Source: a virus
Lineage: Duplodnaviria; Caudoviricetes
IMG/VR virus record: IMGVR_UViG_3300032236_000424
Span: 1-34,038 of that record
Reading direction: 5' to 3' (one strand)
DNA: 34,038 nucleotides
In this document: piece after piece, positions 9,438 to 18,044 of the stretch
Position numbering within the stretch: position 1 is the stretch's first letter
Layout: each line of letters opens with the position of its first letter
Translations under genes and position numbers: made by a program
The notes under the pieces: generated by a model
Told to the model about the DNA's origin: nothing
What the model saw: the letters and a program-made list of their open reading frames with translations, nothing else
The model's database searches: none

Positions 9438-10691
9438 TTAAGCCGCGATTCTGCAAGCAAGTTCTTGGTACAAAGGCGCCCAACCATATAAGACATCAAG
9501 CCTTGTAGGAATGCTGTCGTTGTTGATGGTGTACTGCCTCACGACACGCATGGACAATCCAACTTCCTTATCAGATGCTCTGCCTGCAAAGTGGACTCCC
9601 TCTGGCAACTCAAGATCCGCTACTGCCAGGGTAAATGCATTACGATGGAAGAGCATATTCTGTGGAGACAGAACACCAGTGTTGTTGAATGGAGTAACTA
9701 AAGCAGTTGTTGATGTAGAACCAATGATGATTGAGTTCTGGAACTGACCACCAATGATCACTGCAGGGCTAACTGTAATGTTTGTAGCTGAAGTTCCAAC
9801 TGTTGTTGTGGACTGAACTACAAAGTTACGAAGTTTGCCAGAGCCATAGGCTTGTCTGTTTTGTGGGTTAGTTGCATACACTCCTGCAATCTGGAACACA
9901 TCACCTGCATTTAATGTAGATGCTGTAGATGCTTTGATCTGGATTGTTGAGTATTGTGCCCATCCACTTGAGAGGTAACCAACTTGACCAGTAGATGCTG
10001 TTGTATCTGCTGATAATGTGTAACCACTGTAAGAACCAAAGGTTTGGCTAACGACGTTTTGGTCGAGTTTCCAATTCGTGCCCGCGGAATCCCGCCCCAT
10101 AAGGCCTTTGCGATACTGTTCAGCAATAGCCTCTTGTGGCATGAACAAACCTTTTAATGAATCAACAATAGTTGCTGATGTAAAGGGTTCAACAATACAT
10201 GCTCTACGACCATCTCTTGGTGCACCTTCAGCATCAAGATATGCTCCTGCTGTTAGATAGGTGATGAGGCCTGTCGGTGGAGTGCCTGCTGTACCAACAA
10301 TGTTTGCTGTTTGCAGAGCCGCCATCTGGAGACCATCTCTATCAATCTTGTTTGCTATTGCCGCTACTGCAGGCTTGAGCACACGGTCACTGAACATATC
10401 TAAAGATAATGCAAGATCTTGTGTTGTGAATTGTGTGTCCACATGGAATTGTGTTGAGAGAGTAACTGGTACTGAAGTCTCATTGAAGTCCTCAACATTA
10501 AGTGCCGGTCCTGTTGTACCAATGAATCTACCTGGTCTGCGGACATTGACTGTGTTACCAATCTTGCCACCGACTACAGCAAACTGATCATCATAGTTAC
10601 GATCAACTTCACTTGAAAATGTCAATTCGTTCTCTAGAACCATTAACGCTTCATTTGTGATTTTTGATATCGTTAGCAAATTATTTGCCAT
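9438..10691 (-). CDS. Major capsid protein (P22 coat gp5 family)
   Basis: Motifs MANNLLT..ITNEALMVLEN, KIGNTVNVRRP, FHRNAFTLA..DL.LP and RLDVLYG; follows the scaffold gene. Confidence 0.93.
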   Translation of the reverse strand: MANNLLTISKITNEALMVLENELTFSSEVDRNYDDQFAVVGGKIGNTVNVRRPGRFIGTTGPALNVEDFNETSVPVTLSTQFHVDTQFTTQDLALSLDMFSDRVLKPAVAAIANKIDRDGLQMAALQTANIVGTAGTPPTGLITYLTAGAYLDAEGAPRDGRRACIVEPFTSATIVDSLKGLFMPQEAIAEQYRKGLMGRDSAGTNWKLDQNVVSQTFGSYSGYTLSADTTASTGQVGYLSSGWAQYSTIQIKASTASTLNAGDVFQIAGVYATNPQNRQAYGSGKLRNFVVQSTTTVGTSATNITVSPAVIIGGQFQNSIIIGSTSTTALVTPFNNTGVLSPQNMLFHRNAFTLAVADLELPEGVHFAGRASDKEVGLSMRVVRQYTINNDSIPTRLDVLYGWAPLYQELACRIAA

Positions 10692-10719
10692 TTTGATTTC
10701 CTTTTAAAATTAAAAAAAG

Positions 10720-11631
10720 TTACTTTATCTTTCCTGCTTTCCTGAGTTCTTTCCATTGTGAAATTGATCCAGTAAATTCACCATTTGAATCTATTGGCAC
10801 TTCAACATTAGAACCCCCTCTAATAGGATTGATAGGCTGTGGTGCATTGCTCTTTCTTACAGCAGGCTTTTGTGTCTCTGCAGGCTTTTCAAATCTAGCC
10901 TCCAATTTGCCAATTTCTCTCAAAGCACTAATCAATGACATCTTGCCTATTTTTTCTGCTACCTCTGGATTTTCTGCCAAGTGATACAAAATCTTTGGCC
11001 CAGTTTCACTTTCTAAAATAGCATCCCTAACTTGATCTGAAACAACTACATCTGAAGATGCAATCATTTCCTCATAATCAGGGAGTTCAGCTTTGGCTTG
11101 CTCTAGCTTTTGATTCCAAGATGTTAAAACCTTGTCCTTTTCTGCTCTTGCTTGTCTTTGCTGTTCTGCTTGATCTCTATCTTTCAATGCCTTTTCAGTT
11201 GAGTACTTTGCTAATGCCTTTGCATATTCAAAAGCATCAGTGAAGTCCTGTGGCTGTGGTTCTTTATCAGGATTTTCTGCCACTTGTGGCTTGGATGCCT
11301 GTTCAAGTTCCTTTAATCGATTTTCTAAAGCCTCTCTCTGTTCCCTTTCCTTTTGAGCTTCAGCTCTGGCAAGTTCCCTTTCTTTGATGACTTTGTCAAA
11401 TCTCTTTTCGAGTTTTGGCTTTCTGACACCTTCCTCTACTGGTTTGGTCTCTTCTTGTGCCTCTGGTAAACTCTGATCCTCTTTTGTCTCTGTCAGCTCA
11501 GTTTGCTCAACCTCTTGTGAGGGAGCCTCTGCAGGGTCAGGACTTTGGGTCTCAGCTAAACCAAGTTTGTTAGCATAAAAATCACCTGAATTTTCTGAAG
11601 TAATTACATTACTTGCTTGTCTATCACTCAT
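10720..11631 (-). CDS. Scaffolding protein
   Basis: Acidic coiled-coil protein with a basic C-terminus, between portal and coat. Likely start is the ATG at 11631 after a GAGG RBS. Confidence 0.85.
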   Translation of the reverse strand: MSDRQASNVITSENSGDFYANKLGLAETQSPDPAEAPSQEVEQTELTETKEDQSLPEAQEETKPVEEGVRKPKLEKRFDKVIKERELARAEAQKEREQREALENRLKELEQASKPQVAENPDKEPQPQDFTDAFEYAKALAKYSTEKALKDRDQAEQQRQARAEKDKVLTSWNQKLEQAKAELPDYEEMIASSDVVVSDQVRDAILESETGPKILYHLAENPEVAEKIGKMSLISALREIGKLEARFEKPAETQKPAVRKSNAPQPINPIRGGSNVEVPIDSNGEFTGSISQWKELRKAGKIK

Positions 11632-11683
11632 GAGTTGCCTCAAGTATTTTGCCTAGTCTGCCTGACTAGTAAGGTTTGTGGGC

Positions 11684-11712
11684 AATATAACCCAAAATCA
11701 TAAGACTGTCAA
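11684..11712 (-). promoter_or_regulatory. Sigma70-type promoter for scaffold and coat
   Basis: TTGACA-17 bp-TATATT in the portal/scaffold intergenic region. Confidence 0.75.
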
Positions 11713-13821
11713 TCAATATGCTTGATTTGGCATAATGGATTGGTCAGCCTCTCTAATTGCTTGATACTGCTCTTTGTTCCTCATGGCTATTTCTCTTTCT
11801 AGCCTAGCAGTGTCCATGTTATGGAGGATCATGTCTGCAATCATCTCAATTTCTGTCTTGTTCTGGCTTGTAATGGCCTTGGTGTTCACATCATGAACCC
11901 TAGCCTCCAGAGTGGCCTCAGTATTGTGAGCCTTGGCTGTCTGCCTCATCAGCTCCCTCTGAGTCTCAGCCTGTTGCTTGACTTGCTCAATATCCTGTCT
12001 TTGTTGCATTGCCAACTGCATTGCTTGTAGCTGTTGGGTTAACTGTTGGACTTGTTGCTGTCCTTGCTTGATCATCATCTGAGCCTGTGGAGGAATCTCA
12101 GAATGTTCATCAATTTGGGCTAATGGGTTGAGGGCGGCCAGTCTGTCTGCAATGGTCTCAGCTCCTGGGAAGTCCATATTTCTGAAGACCAGATCTGCGG
12201 CTGAGTTGAACAATGCCTCATTTCCTTGCAGTAATGGCATCATGGCCTCAACTGCCTCCTGTCTCTTAGAGTTGTAGCCTGGGCCTGTCTCCATCACCAC
12301 ATCATATTGACCAACAGTGACATCATTCATCACTCTGCCAACTGCATCCCTCTCATTAATGGTCAAAAGGTCTGGCTTTCCATCATCTCCAATAATCCTC
12401 ATCACTCTTTCAGTGTCATATATGTGAGGGATTAGATCCAAAATGATCTTGCCAATATGGCAAATTGACTTGGTTAAGTTGTCATAGAGGTCAAAATTGG
12501 TCAAATCAATCTGCATCTGCTGACCATTTAGAGCTTTTCCAGACATATTGCCTGGGAGCTGTTGGCTTGGGTCATAAATCCCAATAATGGTAGCCATGTC
12601 TTGGTTGATCTGGTTGGCGGCTGTCATCACCCCACTTGGAGGAGGCTCTGGTTGGAGTCTTTGAGGAGGAGGAGCAGGGTTGCCATCAATATCAGTCTGC
12701 TTGTATCTCAAAGTTGCCATTGACTTGATGTTGGCACTTGCCCAATCAGTCTCATGACCCTCATCCTGACCCTCTGCCATGATCCATTTAGCCTTGGGAG
12801 CTAAGGCAACAGACTCAGTGAGTGAAGTCACCCAGAAGTTGTACATGCGTTGGCTGTCCTTCGCGTGTCTCACCATTCCAAACTTTTTCCTCTTGTCTCC
12901 AATAACCACATGCCTTCCATAGACTGGGACTATTGGGATGTAATAACCAGGCCAATCCCTCTCCTCAAGCACCTCAATGGCTGTGAGTTTTTTCCATTTA
13001 ATGGTCTTTTTGACACTTGGTCTCTCATCCACTACTTCAAGGCCTGCTCTGGCAATTTTCTCAAAAAAGTCCTTGGAATCAGCAAATCTAGAGGTTCCAT
13101 CACTCAATAAATAGAGCTTGGCTTTCTCTCTGACTGTGTAAAAGTATTCAGCAACCCTGATGTCTTCCCTTGTAATCCATTCAGATTGAGTGTCCCCAGT
13201 TCCCCTAGAGGTAAATGAGGTGTCTTGGGCATCTGGGTACATTTCCTTAAATATTGACTTTGGCATCATGGAGGTAATTAAGCACCTCTCTTGGTCTGAG
13301 CCATCAACTGCTATGGAATTTGGATCCATGTAGACAGTAAAAGGGTTATCTATTGGGTCTATATAGATTTCTTGGTCAAAAGAGTCTTCCCTTACATATC
13401 TGTGGTCAACTCTGACAAATCCCCAACCCATTCTGACTGCATAGTTATAAGCATTGTCATAGGCATTATCAGCATTAGAGTTCACCTCAATGTGCCTGAC
13501 CATGCCTTGGACTACCTTTGCATCAGCCGCATCCTCCACAGTATTGGTAGCATGAACCTTAATCCTTGGTCTTTGCTGTCTCTGTTGGTTTGTGACTTGC
13601 CTACAGTAGCCATCTAACTTATTGATTGTCAGAACTGGTCTAGATTCCAAGTTTCTTGAATTTTGCAGGTCAACAGGCCATTGATCGCCCCCAGAGGCAA
13701 ATTTAAGGTCTTCTAAAGCCTCTTGCCTATTCATTGTGTCTGCATCATTAGCAAACTTTAGGAATTGTTTTGCCTCATCTATGATGGGGTCATAATCTGT
13801 TTCGATTGGATCTAGTGCCAT
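11713..13821 (-). CDS. Portal protein (P22 gp1-like)
   Basis: 702 aa with EDLKFA.GGDQW, RPVLTIN and SGKAL..QQ motifs and a Q-rich C-terminal barrel; follows terL. Confidence 0.92.
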   Translation of the reverse strand: MALDPIETDYDPIIDEAKQFLKFANDADTMNRQEALEDLKFASGGDQWPVDLQNSRNLESRPVLTINKLDGYCRQVTNQQRQQRPRIKVHATNTVEDAADAKVVQGMVRHIEVNSNADNAYDNAYNYAVRMGWGFVRVDHRYVREDSFDQEIYIDPIDNPFTVYMDPNSIAVDGSDQERCLITSMMPKSIFKEMYPDAQDTSFTSRGTGDTQSEWITREDIRVAEYFYTVREKAKLYLLSDGTSRFADSKDFFEKIARAGLEVVDERPSVKKTIKWKKLTAIEVLEERDWPGYYIPIVPVYGRHVVIGDKRKKFGMVRHAKDSQRMYNFWVTSLTESVALAPKAKWIMAEGQDEGHETDWASANIKSMATLRYKQTDIDGNPAPPPQRLQPEPPPSGVMTAANQINQDMATIIGIYDPSQQLPGNMSGKALNGQQMQIDLTNFDLYDNLTKSICHIGKIILDLIPHIYDTERVMRIIGDDGKPDLLTINERDAVGRVMNDVTVGQYDVVMETGPGYNSKRQEAVEAMMPLLQGNEALFNSAADLVFRNMDFPGAETIADRLAALNPLAQIDEHSEIPPQAQMMIKQGQQQVQQLTQQLQAMQLAMQQRQDIEQVKQQAETQRELMRQTAKAHNTEATLEARVHDVNTKAITSQNKTEIEMIADMILHNMDTARLEREIAMRNKEQYQAIREADQSIMPNQAY

Positions 13822-15108
13822 TTATAGTGCCATCCATGATTGTGGTGGTGCATAGTTTACTTGTTTTGGTCTTCTAGGTCTAGTCTCTTGGACTCCCAAG
13901 GCAACCATGCGGAAAGCATCAGCTCCATGTGAATACTGGTCATGGAGTGGATTTTTGCTAAATGCTTTGGTGTCTGGGTCAACCTCATATCTATAGTGTC
14001 TGAGGCATTGCAACCCATCATAGCAATTATCTCTGTCAAAGAAACAATTCCTGAACATGGTTCTGGCTGAGTTTATTGAGTCAACTATGGAAGTTCTAGG
14101 GATGATTTTGGTCTTGAACCCTGAATTCCTGACAATCTCCTCAATGGTTCTGCCTTGGGCGGCCAGTGTCTTGTTCTGGGCATCATGTGGCAACCAGAGA
14201 GTGTCATAGACATATCCATAGGTCTGCATCAGGCTCAGATAATGGCTCACAGTCTGCTGATTGTCCTCAATATATCTGATGAATCTAATCTCTTGGGCTA
14301 TGAACTGGACAAACCAGATTGCTGTGGAGTCTGCCCATCCAAGGTCAAACACAGCATGAACTGGCTTGGTAGGGTCATACCTAACCTTGGTGATTCTTTC
14401 CTCCAACTCAGCACTTTGCATCTCTCTGGCGAACACTGCACCATCAACAGTCTGCCTGCACAGTCCTTCCCAGACAGTGTTATATGCCTCTGGATCTCTG
14501 GCCTGAAGTGTCATCCTCTCATGGTTCAAAACCTCTGGGAACCAAGGATTATCTGACCAGTTGACCTTGGCAGTTATACAGTTTTCAGGTTTGTGAAGAA
14601 TAAATCTTTGATAAGTAGCATCTGACTCCAACTCTGGATTCATGGTTATCCAGATCTCTGAGTCCTTTGCCCTAATGGTTGGAATCAAAATATCCCATGA
14701 TCTGGCTGAAACTGCTTGTGCCTCCTCAACCCAGACAATTGTGCACCCCTCGTATGACTTAATATTGTGAGGATTGTTTTTTAGGCCTACAAAAGAGAAT
14801 TCTGTCCCATTTGCACCCTTGATTGAGGATTGGGTAATCTCATAGAACCCAATTAGTCCCAACTCAACAATCTGGTCACTTAATAGCTTATGAACTGATT
14901 GAGATATGGAGTTCTGGAATTCCCTTGCACACAGAATCCTGTGGACTTGCTTTGCACCCAAGATGAGCAATGCTCTAGCAACAGACCATGACTTTGCTGA
15001 TCCCCTTCCGCCATAGATGCACTTGTATCTGGATGGCTGAAAGAGACACTGGAGCTTGACTGGAAATTCAGCCTTTTTAATAACTTGGGCAAGTTCACTC
15101 TGCTCCAT
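13822..15108 (-). CDS. terL: Terminase large subunit (PBSX family)
   Basis: Walker A-like GGRGSAKS, Walker B VWVEEAQ, MNP motif, nuclease DLGWAD and HGADAFR. Confidence 0.95.
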   Translation of the reverse strand: MEQSELAQVIKKAEFPVKLQCLFQPSRYKCIYGGRGSAKSWSVARALLILGAKQVHRILCAREFQNSISQSVHKLLSDQIVELGLIGFYEITQSSIKGANGTEFSFVGLKNNPHNIKSYEGCTIVWVEEAQAVSARSWDILIPTIRAKDSEIWITMNPELESDATYQRFILHKPENCITAKVNWSDNPWFPEVLNHERMTLQARDPEAYNTVWEGLCRQTVDGAVFAREMQSAELEERITKVRYDPTKPVHAVFDLGWADSTAIWFVQFIAQEIRFIRYIEDNQQTVSHYLSLMQTYGYVYDTLWLPHDAQNKTLAAQGRTIEEIVRNSGFKTKIIPRTSIVDSINSARTMFRNCFFDRDNCYDGLQCLRHYRYEVDPDTKAFSKNPLHDQYSHGADAFRMVALGVQETRPRRPKQVNYAPPQSWMAL

Positions 15109-15376
15109 CTGGCTTTACAAATGTGACCTGAAGATGAGGCATGATGACATTTCCACTTGCATCCTCAAGAGTATTGGTTTGGACTGCCTTGCCCTCAAGC
15201 CTATCAAATAATTCTTTGATTGCCCAAGGCTCTCCCTCTTCAGCCTGTCTAATCAACTGTTCAGCAATGGATCTGAGTCTATGTGGCTCAGTGGTAAGAA
15301 CCATTCTTAGACGATCAGAAAACATCCTAGATTTGGATGCATTCTTGTTCCCTAATGGTGCTCCTCCAATTGACAT
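15095..15376 (-). CDS. terS: Terminase small subunit
   Basis: GAPLGNKNA N-terminus and WAIKELFDRLEGKAVQ motif; overlaps the terL start. Confidence 0.75.
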   Translation of the reverse strand: MSIGGAPLGNKNASKSRMFSDRLRMVLTTEPHRLRSIAEQLIRQAEEGEPWAIKELFDRLEGKAVQTNTLEDASGNVIMPHLQVTFVKPDGAE

Positions 15377-15415
15377 AGTTGTTTTAACCTATAAAGAATT
15401 GATTATTAATTACTT

Positions 15416-15592
15416 TTAGCTATTAGCTTGAGTATCTGGAACTGGTTCAATTGGGGTCTTATCCTTATCCATTGATAATTGCTTATTTCCCTCAATTGTT
15501 AACTTTTGGACTAATAACTGCATATCCCTAATTTTGTGTTCTAGAGATGTGATGATTAGGTTTAAGTCTTGGACTGCATGGTCAAATATCAT
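15416..15592 (-). CDS. Hypothetical protein, 58 aa
   Basis: Manually translated MIFDHAVQDLNLIITSLEHKIRDMQLL...; AGGA RBS and ATGA coupling. Confidence 0.6.
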   Translation of the reverse strand: MIFDHAVQDLNLIITSLEHKIRDMQLLVQKLTIEGNKQLSMDKDKTPIEPVPDTQANS

Positions 15593-15750
15593 TTTTTCTT
15601 TCCTTGGTTGTGCTTTCTGCCTGGGCCTTTCTTTGTGGCTTTTGAGCTTTTGCCTGTTTGCCAGTTAAGAAATAGCTTTTCATCTAGTCCTAAAGCTACT
15701 AATAGATGGCTTGCCATATTAGCTCTTTTGGGTTCTGGATAGTGGATCAT
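15589..15750 (-). CDS. Small basic protein, 53 aa
   Basis: Manually translated MIHYPEPKRANMASHLLVALGL...KKGPGRKHNQGKKK; ATGA overlap on both sides. Confidence 0.6.
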   Translation of the reverse strand: MIHYPEPKRANMASHLLVALGLDEKLFLNWQTGKSSKATKKGPGRKHNQGKKK

Positions 15751-15890
15751 TTCTTTTTCTTGGCCTTTTCAGCCTCTCTTTTCTCACTGTAGGCTATAGC
15801 AACTGCCTGCTTGATTGGCTTTCCTGCCTTGACCTCAGCTTTGATATTTTCTTTGAATGCTTTGGGTGATGTGGATTTTTTGAGTGGCAT
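15747..15890 (-). CDS. Small basic protein, 47 aa (QAVAIA motif)
   Basis: Manually translated MPLKKSTSPKAFKENIKAEVKAGKPIKQAVAIAYSEKREAEKAKKKK; coupled on both sides. Confidence 0.75.
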   Translation of the reverse strand: MPLKKSTSPKAFKENIKAEVKAGKPIKQAVAIAYSEKREAEKAKKKK

Positions 15891-16165
15891 TAGCAGTTCC
15901 AGTTCTTAAGTGATGCTTTGGCTCTCTCTGCAGGGCCTTTAGCGTTTTTGACAACTCCCTCCATCCTGGCACAGAAAGAGGCTTTTCTGCCCTTATCTTT
16001 GTCAGTCTTGGGGTTGGGAGCAGGAGGCTTTAGGTTTGACCCATTTTTGGCATTGTATTCAGCTCTACCCTTGGCAGTCATGCCTGCACCCTTTTCTGTA
16101 GGGTTGTAGGTCTTCCCTTTGCCAGTGGTCTTGTGCTCTATGGGTTTGTCATGTTTTTTAGTCAT
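15890..16165 (-). CDS. Basic protein, DUF6321-like
   Basis: GMTAKGR..YN...GSNLKPP...RKASFCARM...SLKNWNC motif. Confidence 0.7.
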   Translation of the reverse strand: MTKKHDKPIEHKTTGKGKTYNPTEKGAGMTAKGRAEYNAKNGSNLKPPAPNPKTDKDKGRKASFCARMEGVVKNAKGPAERAKASLKNWNC

Positions 16166-16293
16166 TTTTTGGCTGTCTTTGCAGACTCTTTAAATGCTTT
16201 GGCAGTTGGAGCACCCTTAGATCCAGGCTTTCTCATGTGCTCAACAGGCTTACCCTCTGCCTTTTCCTTGGCATATAACCCAGTTTTAGCCAT
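16162..16293 (-). CDS. Small basic protein, 43 aa
   Basis: Manually translated MAKTGLYAKEKAEGKPVEHMRKPGSKGAPTAKAFKESAKTAKK; GGAGG RBS. Confidence 0.75.
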   Translation of the reverse strand: MAKTGLYAKEKAEGKPVEHMRKPGSKGAPTAKAFKESAKTAKK

Positions 16294-16554
16294 TTAATCC
16301 TCCAATATTGCACAAATATCTGCCTCTTGGATGATCTGGAACTCTTCTCCATCTGCATCCTTGAAAACAGGAAAATCTAAGTAAGTTCCATTCCCATATT
16401 TGATGAAATCACCCACTTTGGCTTGGTCAACCATAGGGCCTATGGCAAAAATAGTACCCTCATTAAACTTTTCTGTATTCTCAACAATAATAATGTCTGA
16501 GAGCTTTCTGGTGTTAGGTCTGACAGCTATTCTGTCTCTTAATGGATTAATCAT
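16294..16554 (-). CDS. groES: GroES-like co-chaperonin
   Basis: Pattern PLRDRIAV...GTIFAIGP....KVGD.IKYG...IIQEADICAILE matches Cpn10. Confidence 0.85.
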   Translation of the reverse strand: MINPLRDRIAVRPNTRKLSDIIIVENTEKFNEGTIFAIGPMVDQAKVGDFIKYGNGTYLDFPVFKDADGEEFQIIQEADICAILED

Positions 16555-16811
16555 GGGATTTGTCTCCCACTTAATTTAGGCCTACCAGGTTTCTTCTTCT
16601 CTTGAGCCTCTGCTTGTGAAACCAAATTATCAATGGTATCTGGCAAATCTGTGTGTTTTAGTGTAATTGTGGTTGGCAAAATTGGGTTATGCTCACCACA
16701 CCAACTGCTTTCATTGGTGTTTTGAACCCCTGGGTATCTCTTACAAAGACCCATTCCCCTAAATCCATCTTGGGAAAAATACCTACAAGTCTTACAATGT
16801 TGAGTAGTCAA
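16551..16811 (-). CDS. Hypothetical Cys-motif protein
   Basis: CxxC..F, CKRYP and WCGEH motifs with a KKPGRPK tail; TTG start after AAGGA. Confidence 0.6.
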   Translation of the reverse strand: MTTQHCKTCRYFSQDGFRGMGLCKRYPGVQNTNESSWCGEHNPILPTTITLKHTDLPDTIDNLVSQAEAQEKKKPGRPKLSGRQIP

Positions 16812-16839
16812 TTCAAATCCTTATTATTTGGGTTGATTA

Positions 16840-16876
16840 GAAATACCCCTTAGACCTCTAATCTTTGGGGTATTTC
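16840..16876. terminator. Stem-loop, probable terminator or attenuator
   Basis: GAAATACCCC / GGGGTATTTC 10-bp inverted repeat just after the stop at 16882. Confidence 0.6.
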
Positions 16877-16881
16877 GCTTT

Positions 16882-17217
16882 TTACATATCTTGGATATGT
16901 GGTGCTCTTTCATGTGAGTAGCACTCATGCTCTTTGGAGCCTGAATTGAACTCACCAGTTCTGCCATCCACTTTACCCATATGGCTCATGTCTCTAGAAC
17001 CAATGCTGTCAGCCTTGCCGATTGCAACGCCTCCAACCAGTTTGGCTTTACGCTCTCCAGACATATCTGAGCTGTTCACACCCTTGGGCATGTGCTCACC
17101 AGACATACCTTTTGTGCCTTTAGTGCTGTTTGGGCCAGTTTCCATGCCTTTTTTCTCACCAGTTCTGTCTGATGATTTAGCCCCTTTAGGCTCTTTTTCC
17201 ATTCCATAATATCCCAT
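16882..17217 (-). CDS. G/K/M/S-rich low-complexity protein, first gene of the late operon
   Basis: Likely start MGYYG at 17217 after AAGGA; internal repeat PKGAKSSDRTGE / PKGVNSSDMSGE. Confidence 0.7.
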   Translation of the reverse strand: MGYYGMEKEPKGAKSSDRTGEKKGMETGPNSTKGTKGMSGEHMPKGVNSSDMSGERKAKLVGGVAIGKADSIGSRDMSHMGKVDGRTGEFNSGSKEHECYSHERAPHIQDM

Positions 17218-17252
17218 TTTTTGTTCCTTGCAAGTTAAAAATTGGAGCCTCA

Positions 17253-17280
17253 ATTATCCCAAATCACTATCTCTTGTCAA
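17253..17280 (-). promoter_or_regulatory. Sigma70-type promoter for the late operon
   Basis: TTGACA-16 bp-GATAAT with a TGn extension. Confidence 0.65.
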
Positions 17281-17424
17281 GTGAATTTTGGCATCTCTGA
17301 TGGCTTTTTCTAATTTCTCATCCTCTTCTTTTAAGATTATATATAAGAAAAAAGCCCAAATACTAACCATGAAAACAAAGGCTCCAACCATCAAAAGCAT
17401 GGAAATAATTAGGAAATTAGTCAT
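17254..17424 (-). CDS. Small membrane protein, 56 aa
   Basis: Manually translated MTNFLIISMLLMVGAFVFMVSIWAFFLYIILKEEDEK...; GAGG RBS. Confidence 0.6.
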   Translation of the reverse strand: MTNFLIISMLLMVGAFVFMVSIWAFFLYIILKEEDEKLEKAIRDAKIHLTRDSDLG

Positions 17425-17629
17425 TTAACCTCTCTAATAGCTTGTCAGTTAGGTCTACAGACATTTGCACCAACTCATCTGGCTCCCATCCTGAACTAGG
17501 CCATAAAGTGGATAAAAGACCAGACATGACCTTGCCTGCAATCATAGCCCTCAAATCTCTTTGATTGATATAGTCTTTGTGCATATCATCAAGCATTTCC
17601 TGAAATTGCTCATCATCATCATAAGTCAT
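17417..17629 (-). CDS. Hypothetical protein
   Basis: Coupled ORF with an R...AGKVMSGLL motif common in phage early proteins. Confidence 0.6.
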   Translation of the reverse strand: MTYDDDEQFQEMLDDMHKDYINQRDLRAMIAGKVMSGLLSTLWPSSGWEPDELVQMSVDLTDKLLERLND

Positions 17630-17814
17630 AGTATCCCCTTTAATTCCTCAAGTTCAGATCTCATTCCACTAGCATCTACCTCAGATTCAATCCTCTTTTT
17701 GTATCTTTTGGTCATTAACTCAATTTCTCTGAGTCTGTAAACTATTTGAATGTCTGGGCATTTTTTGTAAATAGCTTGGAGTTGCTGTTTTCTCTGTTCT
17801 AGGAGTTCAATCAT
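17626..17814 (-). CDS. Hypothetical protein
   Basis: ATGA-coupled ORF. Confidence 0.55.
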   Translation of the reverse strand: MIELLEQRKQQLQAIYKKCPDIQIVYRLREIELMTKRYKKRIESEVDASGMRSELEELKGIL

Positions 17815-18044
17815 TTGACCAACTCCACAGATATAAGTTTTGTCTTGTCAGAATTCCAGACTGCTTTAACAATAATTCCCTCTTTTATTGTCCACATTTC
17901 TGTGATGTCTTGTGGTTTTATTCTGTATTCACCAAGTACATCCCAATCTGGTTTTATACAGATTAACCATTCACTATACACTTTTCTCTCAATTTGAGCA
18001 CCATTAGCCCAAGCAATAATTAAATCTGCATGTTTATGTCTCAT
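17811..18044 (-). CDS. Phage hypothetical protein
   Basis: HKHADLI.AWANGAQIE...P.W....YRIKP motif; AAGGA RBS. Confidence 0.65.
   Translation of the reverse strand: MRHKHADLIIAWANGAQIERKVYSEWLICIKPDWDVLGEYRIKPQDITEMWTIKEGIIVKAVWNSDKTKLISVELVK

Noticed and set aside
2153-15419. Many + strand ORFs opposite structural genes (e.g. 2153, 2533, 5320, 9114, 10261, 14155, 15141)
   Set aside because: They are antisense shadows of well-supported genes, with no recognisable motifs.
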